Positions 54,232 to 63,494 of a stretch of DNA of 64,000 bases are shown here, piece by piece. The stretch is from the IMG/VR virus record IMGVR_UViG_3300048591_000147, positions 124,001 through 188,000 of that record; one strand, 5' to 3'. A program made the position numbers and the translations under genes. A model generated the notes under the pieces. It ran no database searches, had not been told where the DNA came from, and was given only the letters and a program-made list of their open reading frames with translations. How positions within the stretch are numbered: position 1 is the first letter of the stretch; each line of letters opens with the position of its first letter.

Positions 54232-56833
54232 ATTCCACTAATTCATCCAATAATAATATTTTTCGTGTTGGCAAGATTTGTCCGATAGCGTCTAGGAGAG
54301 ATTCACATACATTATCCATTAGTCGTTCTATCTGCATCTTCTTATCTACTCTAGGTAGAATGTGCTCTTTAAACCATCCCGGTACTATATCAATATCCAC
54401 GGGAATTGCAATAGATTTGTGTTTATCTTTCTTAGATTCAGTCTTGAGATAAAATTTTCTACCTCTAATACCTGACACCATCTTCATACTTTCTTTGTCA
54501 CCATATGTTGTAAGACACTCGTTCCAATAATATGCTGCTCTACAACCACCGGGGACAGTGATTCCTTTTGTGTTGTTTATATACGCATCATGGTATGTTT
54601 CGAGCCCGTTGATTTTCTGTGGGATGCCTAACATTTCTATATCTGTGTCCACAAGGATCTTTTCTCTATTTTCCAATAGCGAAAGGCCGATTTCTTTCCA
54701 AGGGGTGCCTTTGAGGTATCTTTCAAAGTGATCTGTCAATAGTTTTCGCATGGCTTTCGGGGTCGAAGTTTTCTTGATCTGTAACCCTTTGACCACCATT
54801 TTATCCACTTTATTTCCATCCTTTTCCACTACATGCATCATGTAGTGTTTCTTTCCATGAGTGAATATGGAATTAGCAGCCACAACTTCTTGGCTGACTT
54901 GGAACAATCCTAAGAACTCGTCACACAACAAGAACTTCTCTTTACAGAACTCTTCGAATGAATCGTTAATAGCTTTGGCAACTTTCTTTGCAGTCTGTGA
55001 AGCAAGTTCAATATCTGTCTCATGAGTTTTGAAATAATTTGAGTCGGTGTCGCCCGCGATTACGCTATTATTCGGATAGTAATATTGGCCCTCTAAAACC
55101 TGTCCAACAACTTTGGTCATATGGAATAATACTTCTCTACCTGTTTTAGTGGTGGACTCTGCTAGCCGCACGTCATACCATCTAAAGAATCTGTTACCAC
55201 ACGCACCATATGTTGAGTTCAGTTTTAATTTGAACACAGTTTGCATTAAATCGTAATACTGGTACTCGTCATAATATTTCTTTGCTTGCGTACCCTCTTT
55301 ATCTGTACATTTGTTGTAATTGTCCAACGCACTGAACGCTTGCTTTTTAAGCTGTTTTCTTTTAGTGAACCACTCTTTTAATAACGATGGTATGATTCCG
55401 AACTTATGTAAAGAGAATACAGTTCCGAAACCGGATATGGACCATTTCATCTCAGTGAATAGCTTACTCCATTCTTTGGCTGGCAATACATCCACGTTAC
55501 CATCATCAAATACTAGTGTGAGTTCTTTGTCTGATTTATTAGCTATCTCTTCAAATGCCTTGTGGTTATCAGTAAACTGTCCAAGTAGTGTGTCATAGCT
55601 GATATTCACCGACATCATTGATGAAGGATACAAAGAGTTAACGTCAATAGACGCTATGTTTTTGTGTTCACCGATCATTGGCGGTAATACGATAGCGCCG
55701 CCGAACTTCTCGCCGCTGCCGTCACCGTCTATCTGTTTATCTGGTACGCGGATGTTTAGTACGTGGTGGCAATAATTTGTTATAGCCATTTCGGCTAAAC
55801 GTATGGTTCCAAGTACGTCTTTAACCAACCCACTATCCATGTGCGCTAGTAATAGCGACAAGTAAATGTATCCTTTCTTCTGTTCCAATCCTTTTAGAAT
55901 TTCACAGTCTCTAGCATTGTATTTTAAGAAGAAATCGAAATCATTTTTGTACAAATCTGCTAATGACCCTTCATAGGTCAACTTTGGCATATCGGTCAAT
56001 ATCTCTTCTGCCACTGCCTCCAGCGCAAAGCTGTCACGCTCGCCCGGTTCGAATTTTATCATGACTTGCATTAAGTCTAATAAAATTCTACCAGAGGTCA
56101 CAAGAATATTTTTCTTGGTCTTGTGTTTGTCGGCTTTCTCTTGAAAGTATGGTTTTCTCGCACCCTCAAATGATAACCTATGCGCGTGCTTGTCCCCAAG
56201 AACCATCTTTATTCTGTTATATACATAGATGTCGTCGAACCCTTCTGAGTTCCAACCTGATAATAGATCTGTATCTTCTATTTCGTCCAAAAACGCTAAT
56301 AAGAGTGCTATTTCAGTCCTAAAAAGTCTGATCTCCGCTATCGCTCTTGTTTCTTTGGAAATGCTTGCTAGTGTTATATCAGGTCTTGGTGGAACCGCTA
56401 ACACGATCATCTTATCACTATACTTGTGGTATATTGAGATCGCGTTTATGGGTGCATACGGTTCGTTGTAGATGTCTGGCATGCCCCTTGTCTTATCGTA
56501 ATCTATTTCGATGTCATAGAACGATACATTTATCGTACCTTCTATATCATTGTAATAATGATTCGATAGAACCTTGTATTCTAGTGGTATGTCGGACTCG
56601 AATACTTTCTTGCCGCTACTCTTCAAGCGTTTTGCCGTATTGTAGTATTGGTCGTATTCTTCGAATTCTAGACGCTGTAGCTTATTACCCTTGTAATCTT
56701 GGTCTTTGCCGTCTTCGTCTTCGACATAGAAAAACAAAGGGGAAGGGTACTCTTGAAGTACCCTTCCCTCTTTTGTTCTTTCCCACACTTTTACCCTACT
56801 TCTGTCGTAGGTTGTCTGTGCAGATATGTACAT
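54224..56833 (-). CDS. Family B DNA polymerase (gp43-like)
   Basis: Exo I YDIE, Exo II GWNSEGFD, Exo III YNARD, DVNSLYPS, KLKLNSTYG, GDTDS. Confidence 0.96.
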   Translation of the reverse strand: MYISAQTTYDRSRVKVWERTKEGRVLQEYPSPLFFYVEDEDGKDQDYKGNKLQRLEFEEYDQYYNTAKRLKSSGKKVFESDIPLEYKVLSNHYYNDIEGTINVSFYDIEIDYDKTRGMPDIYNEPYAPINAISIYHKYSDKMIVLAVPPRPDITLASISKETRAIAEIRLFRTEIALLLAFLDEIEDTDLLSGWNSEGFDDIYVYNRIKMVLGDKHAHRLSFEGARKPYFQEKADKHKTKKNILVTSGRILLDLMQVMIKFEPGERDSFALEAVAEEILTDMPKLTYEGSLADLYKNDFDFFLKYNARDCEILKGLEQKKGYIYLSLLLAHMDSGLVKDVLGTIRLAEMAITNYCHHVLNIRVPDKQIDGDGSGEKFGGAIVLPPMIGEHKNIASIDVNSLYPSSMMSVNISYDTLLGQFTDNHKAFEEIANKSDKELTLVFDDGNVDVLPAKEWSKLFTEMKWSISGFGTVFSLHKFGIIPSLLKEWFTKRKQLKKQAFSALDNYNKCTDKEGTQAKKYYDEYQYYDLMQTVFKLKLNSTYGACGNRFFRWYDVRLAESTTKTGREVLFHMTKVVGQVLEGQYYYPNNSVIAGDTDSNYFKTHETDIELASQTAKKVAKAINDSFEEFCKEKFLLCDEFLGLFQVSQEVVAANSIFTHGKKHYMMHVVEKDGNKVDKMVVKGLQIKKTSTPKAMRKLLTDHFERYLKGTPWKEIGLSLLENREKILVDTDIEMLGIPQKINGLETYHDAYINNTKGITVPGGCRAAYYWNECLTTYGDKESMKMVSGIRGRKFYLKTESKKDKHKSIAIPVDIDIVPGWFKEHILPRVDKKMQIERLMDNVCESLLDAIGQILPTRKILLLDELVEYE

Positions 56834-57189
56834 TATTCGCCTTCTGTAACTGTTTCTACCGCAGGGTCAGCAGTCCCTTCCCCACCACCTTGTGCTGCTT
56901 GAATGATTCTTGAATACGCTTCACTGTATATGGCGTTTTCATGATCCTGATCCTCGAAATCACCTGCGAAATATGTCTTGCCCATCTTAGCAGCAACCTT
57001 TTTTGGAATGCCATAACCACCCTCAATGTCAAGCGCAAAGTCTTTTAGATCTTCTCGCTTGTCTTTAATAAATTGATGGCACCCACTCATCTTTCTCAGT
57101 ATCTCTAAAAGATCTACCAGTTGGTCACCAGTTGGCATCACGAAACTCTCGTCCTTTGCACTAACTTTTTCTTTCTTAGGTCTTCCCAT
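56833..57189 (-). CDS. T4 DsbA/GapR-like dsDNA-binding protein
   Basis: IKDKREDLKD...GIPKK coiled-coil pattern; N-terminal GRPKK; start moved to 57189. Confidence 0.55.
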   Translation of the reverse strand: MGRPKKEKVSAKDESFVMPTGDQLVDLLEILRKMSGCHQFIKDKREDLKDFALDIEGGYGIPKKVAAKMGKTYFAGDFEDQDHENAIYSEAYSRIIQAAQGGGEGTADPAVETVTEGE

Positions 57190-57238
57190 TTGTATCTGTC
57201 CTTTTGTTGTGTCCAAAGAATAAACCACTTTTGGACAC

Positions 57239-57655
57239 TTAGCAATAGCCCGCTAATGTTAATGAACAGTAATTAGTAGTCGGGTCTGTGACATCCGCAT
57301 CATGGTAATCAGCTTGTACAATAAATACGTCACTATAAACTTTATCTGCCGTTATACAATCAAATTTGTACTTGTTGAATGCTGTTGGGAGCAGCCCTGT
57401 TGTCTGTTGTAGCTCTAATTGCTGCTGGACCAGAATTGCTAGTTCTGGAGTTAGTTCAAATTTTTGTATCACTATGCGCCTATACTGTGGAGTGTCCCAT
57501 TCTGCCACCAACCTATCGTCAGTCATTTTCTGTGTTTCGTCTGGGTGCATCATCTGGTCGTATGTTTCTTTGAACATCTGATGCGGCTCTAACAATTCAG
57601 CGGTAATCTGCACATTGTTAAACACCTGCCCATTGGTTAGTAATATAGTATCCAT
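57239..57655 (-). CDS. Hypothetical protein
   Basis: AAGGA RBS, 138 aa. Confidence 0.6.
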   Translation of the reverse strand: MDTILLTNGQVFNNVQITAELLEPHQMFKETYDQMMHPDETQKMTDDRLVAEWDTPQYRRIVIQKFELTPELAILVQQQLELQQTTGLLPTAFNKYKFDCITADKVYSDVFIVQADYHDADVTDPTTNYCSLTLAGYC

Positions 57656-57664
57656 TTATTTTCC

Positions 57665-58291
57665 TTATGTGAACCATGTCTTGTAGTTGCCCGGAAATAA
57701 CTTTGGATTATATTTCCATGGCTCTGAAGCGTTGATGTAGAATCTTATCTGATGTAGCTCCCCAAGCTTGATGTCACTGGTGCAGTTTATGAAATGTTGT
57801 TCACCGGGGAATATTACTAGAGTACCACGCTTAGGATTTATTGAAAACTGATGATTAAGGAATTGTAGTTTACCACCATTGACTTCGAATTCTTGATCGA
57901 ACGGCGCTTTTTCTGCATAGTCATTTAAGAAAATTATACCACAAAAATCCCTACCGTTTGCTCTATGCCATGATGGTTTGCCACCACTGGTGGATATACT
58001 GTTTTCACATCTTTGTCTGTTGTTTTTGCAACGTTGCGGATACCATTCGAATTCAAAAGGGTACATGCCCTTGTATTTGAAGCCATAGTAAGCTTCCACA
58101 TCCGGTATTAAGAATTCTTCTATCGCTGTTGATAAGCGCATTTCAGATAATCGATTAAATCGCACGCTCATGATTGGTTTGTTATCTTCGTCTACATCTG
58201 GTATCTGATTATCCAGATCGTTAATTATTTCTTCGCACATTAGTGGAGAAATAAAATCTTCTATTACAAAAAATGGGGACTTACTTTTCAT
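57665..58291 (-). CDS. 2OG-Fe(II) oxygenase-fold protein with non-canonical ligands
   Basis: IEDFISP..C, IIFLND, GGKLQF, PKRGTLVIFP; no HxD...H triad. Confidence 0.65.
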   Translation of the reverse strand: MKSKSPFFVIEDFISPLMCEEIINDLDNQIPDVDEDNKPIMSVRFNRLSEMRLSTAIEEFLIPDVEAYYGFKYKGMYPFEFEWYPQRCKNNRQRCENSISTSGGKPSWHRANGRDFCGIIFLNDYAEKAPFDQEFEVNGGKLQFLNHQFSINPKRGTLVIFPGEQHFINCTSDIKLGELHQIRFYINASEPWKYNPKLFPGNYKTWFT

Positions 58292-58344
58292 ATATTTTCC
58301 TGTTGATGGAAATATATATCTTGGAAATTATGTAGTGTCTACGC

Positions 58345-58650
58345 TTACTTACCTTTTAAATAATCATTGAAACGTTGTAGAACTTTTGTTCCGGTTTGGG
58401 TTTTAGTTCTTGCCGCCTTTCTAGCGGTCTGCTTTTTGCGAAGTCTAGCCGTAGCTTTGCCACGTCTAACCTTTCCGGGATCTTTTTTAATTCCACACTT
58501 ATCAGGTGTCGAAACTAATCTACCAGCTTTGTCACCATAAGTACATCTATACTCACGTTTAAGTTTCCCGCCAACCCTTTTTAACTGGCGGGAAACTCTT
58601 TTACTTTCTTCTATGTAAAACAAATCTAAGAATGTTTCTTCTTCGTTCAT
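58345..58650 (-). CDS. Small basic head-associated protein
   Basis: Acidic leader ending in EE followed by a K/R-rich body (YRCT.G.K.GR). Confidence 0.55.
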   Translation of the reverse strand: MNEEETFLDLFYIEESKRVSRQLKRVGGKLKREYRCTYGDKAGRLVSTPDKCGIKKDPGKVRRGKATARLRKKQTARKAARTKTQTGTKVLQRFNDYLKGK

Positions 58651-60116
58651 CGCATCGAACCTAATCTACCAACCTGCTGCTGATTGTTCTGCTGATTAAT
58701 CTGCTGCTGATTATTTTGCTGCTGATTATTTTGCTGCTGATTACTCTGTTGATTATTTTGTTGCTGATTGTTCTGCTGCTGATTGTTTTGTTGGTTTTGA
58801 CCTTGTTGCATTCTATTGGTCTTAGCCTGTAAAGCAACTCGCTGTAAGCGGATGCGCAATTCTTTCATCGCCAAGTTCTTCTCCTGTTGTGGGAGTGAAG
58901 ACATTCTGATGGCTTGCATTGCTGCCATTACCGATCTAGTCGTATCACCAGTCTCAACTTCGAATAACATGAAATTAATGTGCTTACTTTTAGTTTCTAC
59001 CGACTCCATTGCCATACCGTTTGTCTGCTTAACTCTATGTTTTGCCAAATCTGATATGCGTCTAGCTTCTTTCTCTTTCTTCTTCTGACTTTCTACTGAC
59101 TGCTCCATGGCCAATAATTCGGCTTGTTGTTCCACTGATGCTGAAGCCGCTTTTGCAGTATATTCAGCCTGTAACGCGCGTGCTTTTTCGCTTTCTGCTT
59201 CAGCTTGTGCTTTCTTAGCGTCAGCATCGGCTGTCAGCATCGCTAGAATACTTTGCAGTAATCCTTCGACACCACCGCTGCTAGGTTCAGGTTCGGAAAA
59301 ATCTGATACCGATTCATCATCACCTAAATCTCCGTCTGCACCCATTTCACCACCCATTTCATCGCCACCAGCATCCATTCCTAGACCGCTAGCGTCACCA
59401 CCCATTTCATCACCCATACCCATCTCACCAGTTTGATCTGGCTCAATATTATTGTCTAAATCTACTTCACCACCAACTGCGTCACCGTCATTGCTCATTT
59501 TAACTTTGTCAGCGTTGTATATTGCATTGGCAGGGATCTGAGGGAACTCTACATCTACTATCTCAAATTCATTTTTCAATTTAAACAGCAATTCCGCCAT
59601 GCTAGTTGATTTCTGCTTGCCTAGTTCGTTGTTTAATTGCGTAGCATTTGACAACTCTGATGATAATCTTTCCTCGAATTCTGCTGCTGCATCACGCCTA
59701 ACAGTGACCTTCATGATATTGCCAGCATCATCTTCAACACCATATGTTATGGTATCTTCAGTATTTCTACCTTCCATGTCTTTAAGGCGAGAGACAACAT
59801 CATCCATATCAAATGCTTCAGCTAATCCCATATATTTTTTCATTCTGTATAGGATTGAATTCTTCTGTTCTAATCGCTTTCTAGCTGCTAAAACTCTTTC
59901 TCTAGCTTCTGGATTACTCATTAGTTTAGCTAAGTCTTCTTTCTTCTGCTGCTGTTGTAGTTTTGCCTTGCTTCTCCAATCATTTTCAACAGAGCTAGCA
60001 TTGATATCGACTCTACGTCTAATATTTCCATCGGTTGATGGATTAGCTGCTACTGAACCTGCGCCGATTGCGCCCCCGGCAGCCATTTCTTTAATTATTT
60101 CTTTCAATAATGACAT
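58647..60116 (-). CDS. Putative prohead core/internal head protein with acidic G/D/E/M region and Q/N-rich tail
   Basis: TAAATA on - at 60140-60145; MSLLKEIIKEM; GDEMG repeats; QQQNN repeats. Confidence 0.65.
   Translation of the reverse strand: MSLLKEIIKEMAAGGAIGAGSVAANPSTDGNIRRRVDINASSVENDWRSKAKLQQQQKKEDLAKLMSNPEARERVLAARKRLEQKNSILYRMKKYMGLAEAFDMDDVVSRLKDMEGRNTEDTITYGVEDDAGNIMKVTVRRDAAAEFEERLSSELSNATQLNNELGKQKSTSMAELLFKLKNEFEIVDVEFPQIPANAIYNADKVKMSNDGDAVGGEVDLDNNIEPDQTGEMGMGDEMGGDASGLGMDAGGDEMGGEMGADGDLGDDESVSDFSEPEPSSGGVEGLLQSILAMLTADADAKKAQAEAESEKARALQAEYTAKAASASVEQQAELLAMEQSVESQKKKEKEARRISDLAKHRVKQTNGMAMESVETKSKHINFMLFEVETGDTTRSVMAAMQAIRMSSLPQQEKNLAMKELRIRLQRVALQAKTNRMQQGQNQQNNQQQNNQQQNNQQSNQQQNNQQQNNQQQINQQNNQQQVGRLGSMR
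58673..58808 (-). repeat. 15-nt-period repeat encoding (QQQNN)n
   Basis: TGCTGCTGATTATTT-type units on +. Confidence 0.85.
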
Positions 60117-60142
60117 GTATAAAAACCCTTTTTATGATATAT

Positions 60143-60589
60143 TTATCGTATTATATTTTTTTCTACCGCAAATCTATATTCGATGTTTTTACCTACACAC
60201 CATCGCATTGCGGCTTCAGCTTTCAGCATATTGATCATGTATGTATAATTTTCTACTATTGCTGTCTTCTTGTTTCTAGCTTTACTTTTTCTAATCAACT
60301 TTTCCGGCTTTATTTCTATAATAACTTTCTTTAAGGTTTTATCCTTATCGATGTACTCGACATACAAGTCTGGGTAATACTTAGACGGTTTAATACTACC
60401 GTCTGGCATAGGTTTCATATAATCTATCGCGATCTCTTCTGACGACCAACCTAGTACAAATGGGTTGCTATCCAAAAACACAAAAGAATTTAATTCTAGT
60501 GATGACCTATACTCAATATTATCTAAATCTCCAAGATATTTGTTGGGATTCTTAGGTTTAAATTTTCCTTCATATGGTGATCTACGCAT
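60143..60589 (-). CDS. Head completion nuclease (T4 gp4-like, TnsA fold)
   Basis: GKFKPKNP.KY.G...YRSS.E, WSSEEI.I.Y, YYPD, IEIKP. Confidence 0.9.
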   Translation of the reverse strand: MRRSPYEGKFKPKNPNKYLGDLDNIEYRSSLELNSFVFLDSNPFVLGWSSEEIAIDYMKPMPDGSIKPSKYYPDLYVEYIDKDKTLKKVIIEIKPEKLIRKSKARNKKTAIVENYTYMINMLKAEAAMRWCVGKNIEYRFAVEKNIIR

Positions 60590-60598
60590 TTAAATTAC

Positions 60599-61327
60599 TC
60601 ATATCACACGAGACTCTTTGGACATGTATACCGAATCATAATTAAATGTCATGTCAATAGTTGCTACCCCGTTTTGGGTCATGTCCAGATCACTAGGCGC
60701 CATTGAGACTATCTTGGGATTTAAGTAATCATACGTTATTATTTGACTAATTCCTCGCTCTTTATAAGAATGATTTAGGCGTAATCTCTTAATCAATCCG
60801 TGTCTACGTGTTGGTTCACTTGAACCAGCCGCCATATCCAAACTACCTAAAGATGCGGTGTGCTGTTCACCTTCTTTGAATTGTCCTAGCACGTCTAGCG
60901 AGTTTGCAAAGTTGCTAGTTACATTAGCAATAGGACTTACAGCCTTCAGATATCCCATTAAAATATTAAATGCTCTATTTGTTGCATCATCGTAAAATGA
61001 TATTGTGACTTGACCGTAATCAACACTAGTCGCAACATTAGTTCTAAAATTATAGAAATTGACCTTTTGATAATTAATTGTTGGTTGTGGTCTAGATACT
61101 TTAACTACCGCAAAACGATTTTGCATTGGATCTTGTGCTTCACTATCAGACAGTCCCTGCTGTTCCATCTTATTACTGTAAAAGAATTGTACTGTGAATG
61201 CAAAGTTATATTTTGGAGACTCTGTGGTGGACATCCGATCTGGGATCAATCTACTACCATCAGGCTCAAAAGCAATGTCTGGAGTTAGTTTCCAGTTTGG
61301 CTCTTTTATTATTGCGCACTCTGCCAT
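60599..61327 (-). CDS. Tail-tube-like baseplate/tube initiator (gp54/gp48-like)
   Basis: V.RP...N.YN...Y..VTISFYDD...NP.I.S...DLD....ATIDMTFNYD. Confidence 0.7.
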   Translation of the reverse strand: MAECAIIKEPNWKLTPDIAFEPDGSRLIPDRMSTTESPKYNFAFTVQFFYSNKMEQQGLSDSEAQDPMQNRFAVVKVSRPQPTINYQKVNFYNFRTNVATSVDYGQVTISFYDDATNRAFNILMGYLKAVSPIANVTSNFANSLDVLGQFKEGEQHTASLGSLDMAAGSSEPTRRHGLIKRLRLNHSYKERGISQIITYDYLNPKIVSMAPSDLDMTQNGVATIDMTFNYDSVYMSKESRVI

Positions 61328-61328
61328 G

Positions 61329-61871
61329 TTATATTACCTGCCTATGATTAATAGTTACTCTAATAACACTTTTACATGCTATTAACATCTGTTGTTCAAA
61401 ATCCGCTTTGACAAATGCGCCAGCTTTAATGCGTTTGTGTATTGTTAAGCACAAATTCTTGAGTTTATCACTCTCCTTTGAATTAACATCTTTGGCAATG
61501 TTGTAATAATCCAACATTCCCAGATTTTCTAAAATAATTATAAGCGCAAATCTGTCATCAGCATTTTTTAGTTCGTTTGGGGTATATACGACATTATATG
61601 TATTGAATATCTTATATGCGCTCCAGCTTGCGCCTGCGATAACATCCGACATAACTTGAAGCGCGCCTAGCCCTGCTGTTATAGGACCGACGCCAATATC
61701 ATACAACCATGGGAAAGCCGTATCTATTTTCGTTTGTTTTGTTTCAATCATTTCAGGATTAACAACAATACCATTACCAGTTCTATTGGCTGCTATATTT
61801 TGAAGGAATTGTTCTACCTTATCGAAATCCCTTCGTTCGAATGCGTCAATAACTTCTTTTACTGTTGCCAT
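61329..61871 (-). CDS. Hypothetical late protein
   Basis: TAAATA on - at 61890-61895; GGAG RBS. Confidence 0.6.
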   Translation of the reverse strand: MATVKEVIDAFERRDFDKVEQFLQNIAANRTGNGIVVNPEMIETKQTKIDTAFPWLYDIGVGPITAGLGALQVMSDVIAGASWSAYKIFNTYNVVYTPNELKNADDRFALIIILENLGMLDYYNIAKDVNSKESDKLKNLCLTIHKRIKAGAFVKADFEQQMLIACKSVIRVTINHRQVI

Positions 61872-61904
61872 AAAATACTCCGTATAAGGTATTTATTACA
61901 AAAA

Positions 61905-61931
61905 CAAATGCCAGCTTTCGCTGGCATTTGT
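61905..61931 (-). terminator. Terminator after the tail tube gene
   Basis: ACAAATGCCAGC-TTTC-GCTGGCATTTGT with a T-tract on -. Confidence 0.85.
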
Positions 61932-61952
61932 TCATAACCTATTACCTTTTAC

Positions 61953-62561
61953 TTAACACCCGGATCGTAGACCAGAGTGACCACCTGTAGCACTCTTATC
62001 GATACCGCAGATTAACTGACGCGCGTGATCGTATCTAAAAGTTACAGAAATTTTAACAGCTTCGTTTGCAGCATAATCCACATCACCATAATCGATGTTC
62101 TGGATGAATACACCTTCATAAGCCCATGATTCAACTGGAGTTGTATCACCATCCAACATTTCACAAATCATAGCAAATTTATAGTCTTCACCGCCTTGCG
62201 CAGATGCCATTACACCACTTGGAGAACCAAACGGCGCTATGATAGTTTGCTGGCGCTCTAACTGATCTTGGAATATCTGTGAAACTCTACCACCAAGATC
62301 TGATTCAAATGACCACACTGCTGCTGACCAGTTATGCTTACCAGCAATCCAAGCTCTCGAATTATAACGATGTAGTTCGATTTCTTCGAATTCTAATTTA
62401 GGTCTGTCACCCTGTACGGCTTGAAGAGTTAAAATTTCACTCATATTACCATCACCCTGACCCCCTATGTTTAGGAATCGAACTTTCCACTTATATTTTG
62501 TTTGTGGGTGTATAATACCACCCGCTGATGGTATTACGCCGAAATCCGCAAGTATTGCCAT
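61953..62561 (-). CDS. Tail tube protein (gp19-like)
   Basis: RPKLEFEEI...IAGKHNW, W.YEG.FIQNIDYG..DY, VTFRYDHA; TAAATA on - at 62596-62601; next to the sheath. Confidence 0.85.
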   Translation of the reverse strand: MAILADFGVIPSAGGIIHPQTKYKWKVRFLNIGGQGDGNMSEILTLQAVQGDRPKLEFEEIELHRYNSRAWIAGKHNWSAAVWSFESDLGGRVSQIFQDQLERQQTIIAPFGSPSGVMASAQGGEDYKFAMICEMLDGDTTPVESWAYEGVFIQNIDYGDVDYAANEAVKISVTFRYDHARQLICGIDKSATGGHSGLRSGC

Positions 62562-62674
62562 TTGTTTAACTCCTTAAAGTCATATTAGTTATAAGTATTT
62601 ATTAATTTGACCAAATAATTCAAACTTTTTTGTCATGTAATGAATAAATATAATAAACATGGACTTAACAAGAT

Positions 62675-63415
62675 ATGAGATTCAGTAAATTTCTAACAGA
62701 GAAGGAAGAGGCGAATAATTTGTCTGCAAACGTGCTTATTATAATGCACCGGATATTCGCCGCAGTAGAACAAACACACATAGAGAAAAGTGACGGCATG
62801 TGTGAGTTCAATATTGGTCAAGCCATAAAAGATAAAGATCTAAAATCGCTGAACATCGCCATAAAGAAAGGTCCAGCACCATCTGCAAAGTTTGCTGTAA
62901 AAAGTGACGGAGATGACTATTATATTGTTATTGAGACTCCGAAATACGAAGAAAATCTAGAAAGGGAAGATATAATCGCGATTTTGGAAAGCGCTTCATT
63001 AAAAACTCCGCTACATGATGCAATAACACACTTCTTAAAATATGCAAGAGATGAATTTGATGAGAAGAACGTACCATCACACCACGAACAGAAAACAGAC
63101 GCTAACCAGAATGTTGAGCAAAAATATGATGCGCTAATTAAGACCGTAAAGAGTAGATTAGAAGATCATCATTCAGCGGCTGCCGAAATAGACAGACAAT
63201 CGAAACAGACGTCTAATGCCTTTAAGCAAGACAGTTTCAAAATGGCGTTGGAAAAATTGAAAGAAGAAACTCATGGAAAGGATTTTAAAGGATTCTTATC
63301 AATAGTTAATAAGTTACCAGAAGGTGGATTCATTAAAGAGTTGGAAGGTGACCTTAAGAAAAAGATCTTGAGTAGATTAGAAGACTACTACGAGCATTAT
63401 TTAAACAAGCAATAA
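62675..63415 (+). CDS. Putative capsid-internal protein
   Basis: TAAATA 62645; N-terminus MRFSKFLTEKEE. Confidence 0.6.
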   Translation: MRFSKFLTEKEEANNLSANVLIIMHRIFAAVEQTHIEKSDGMCEFNIGQAIKDKDLKSLNIAIKKGPAPSAKFAVKSDGDDYYIVIETPKYEENLEREDIIAILESASLKTPLHDAITHFLKYARDEFDEKNVPSHHEQKTDANQNVEQKYDALIKTVKSRLEDHHSAAAEIDRQSKQTSNAFKQDSFKMALEKLKEETHGKDFKGFLSIVNKLPEGGFIKELEGDLKKKILSRLEDYYEHYLNKQ

Positions 63416-63441
63416 CGTCATAATTTTCATATGACAGACAA

Positions 63442-63470
63442 CAAAAAAGCTGGGTTTCCCCAGCTTTTTT
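63442..63470. terminator. Bidirectional terminator
   Basis: AAAAAAGCTGGG-TTTC-CCCAGCTTTTTT between convergent genes. Confidence 0.9.
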
Positions 63471-63494
63471 ATTTGTCTCTATTTCACTCAACGA

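Noticed and set aside
27572-56833. Introns or inteins in nrdA, nrdB, thyA or the DNA polymerase
   Set aside because: The ORFs are uninterrupted and of normal length, with no splicing motifs.
57665-58291. Active prolyl hydroxylase priming Skp1-like glycosylation
   Set aside because: The metal-binding triad is not evident and the gene is unlinked to the GT clusters; Thr/Ser acceptors need no hydroxylation.
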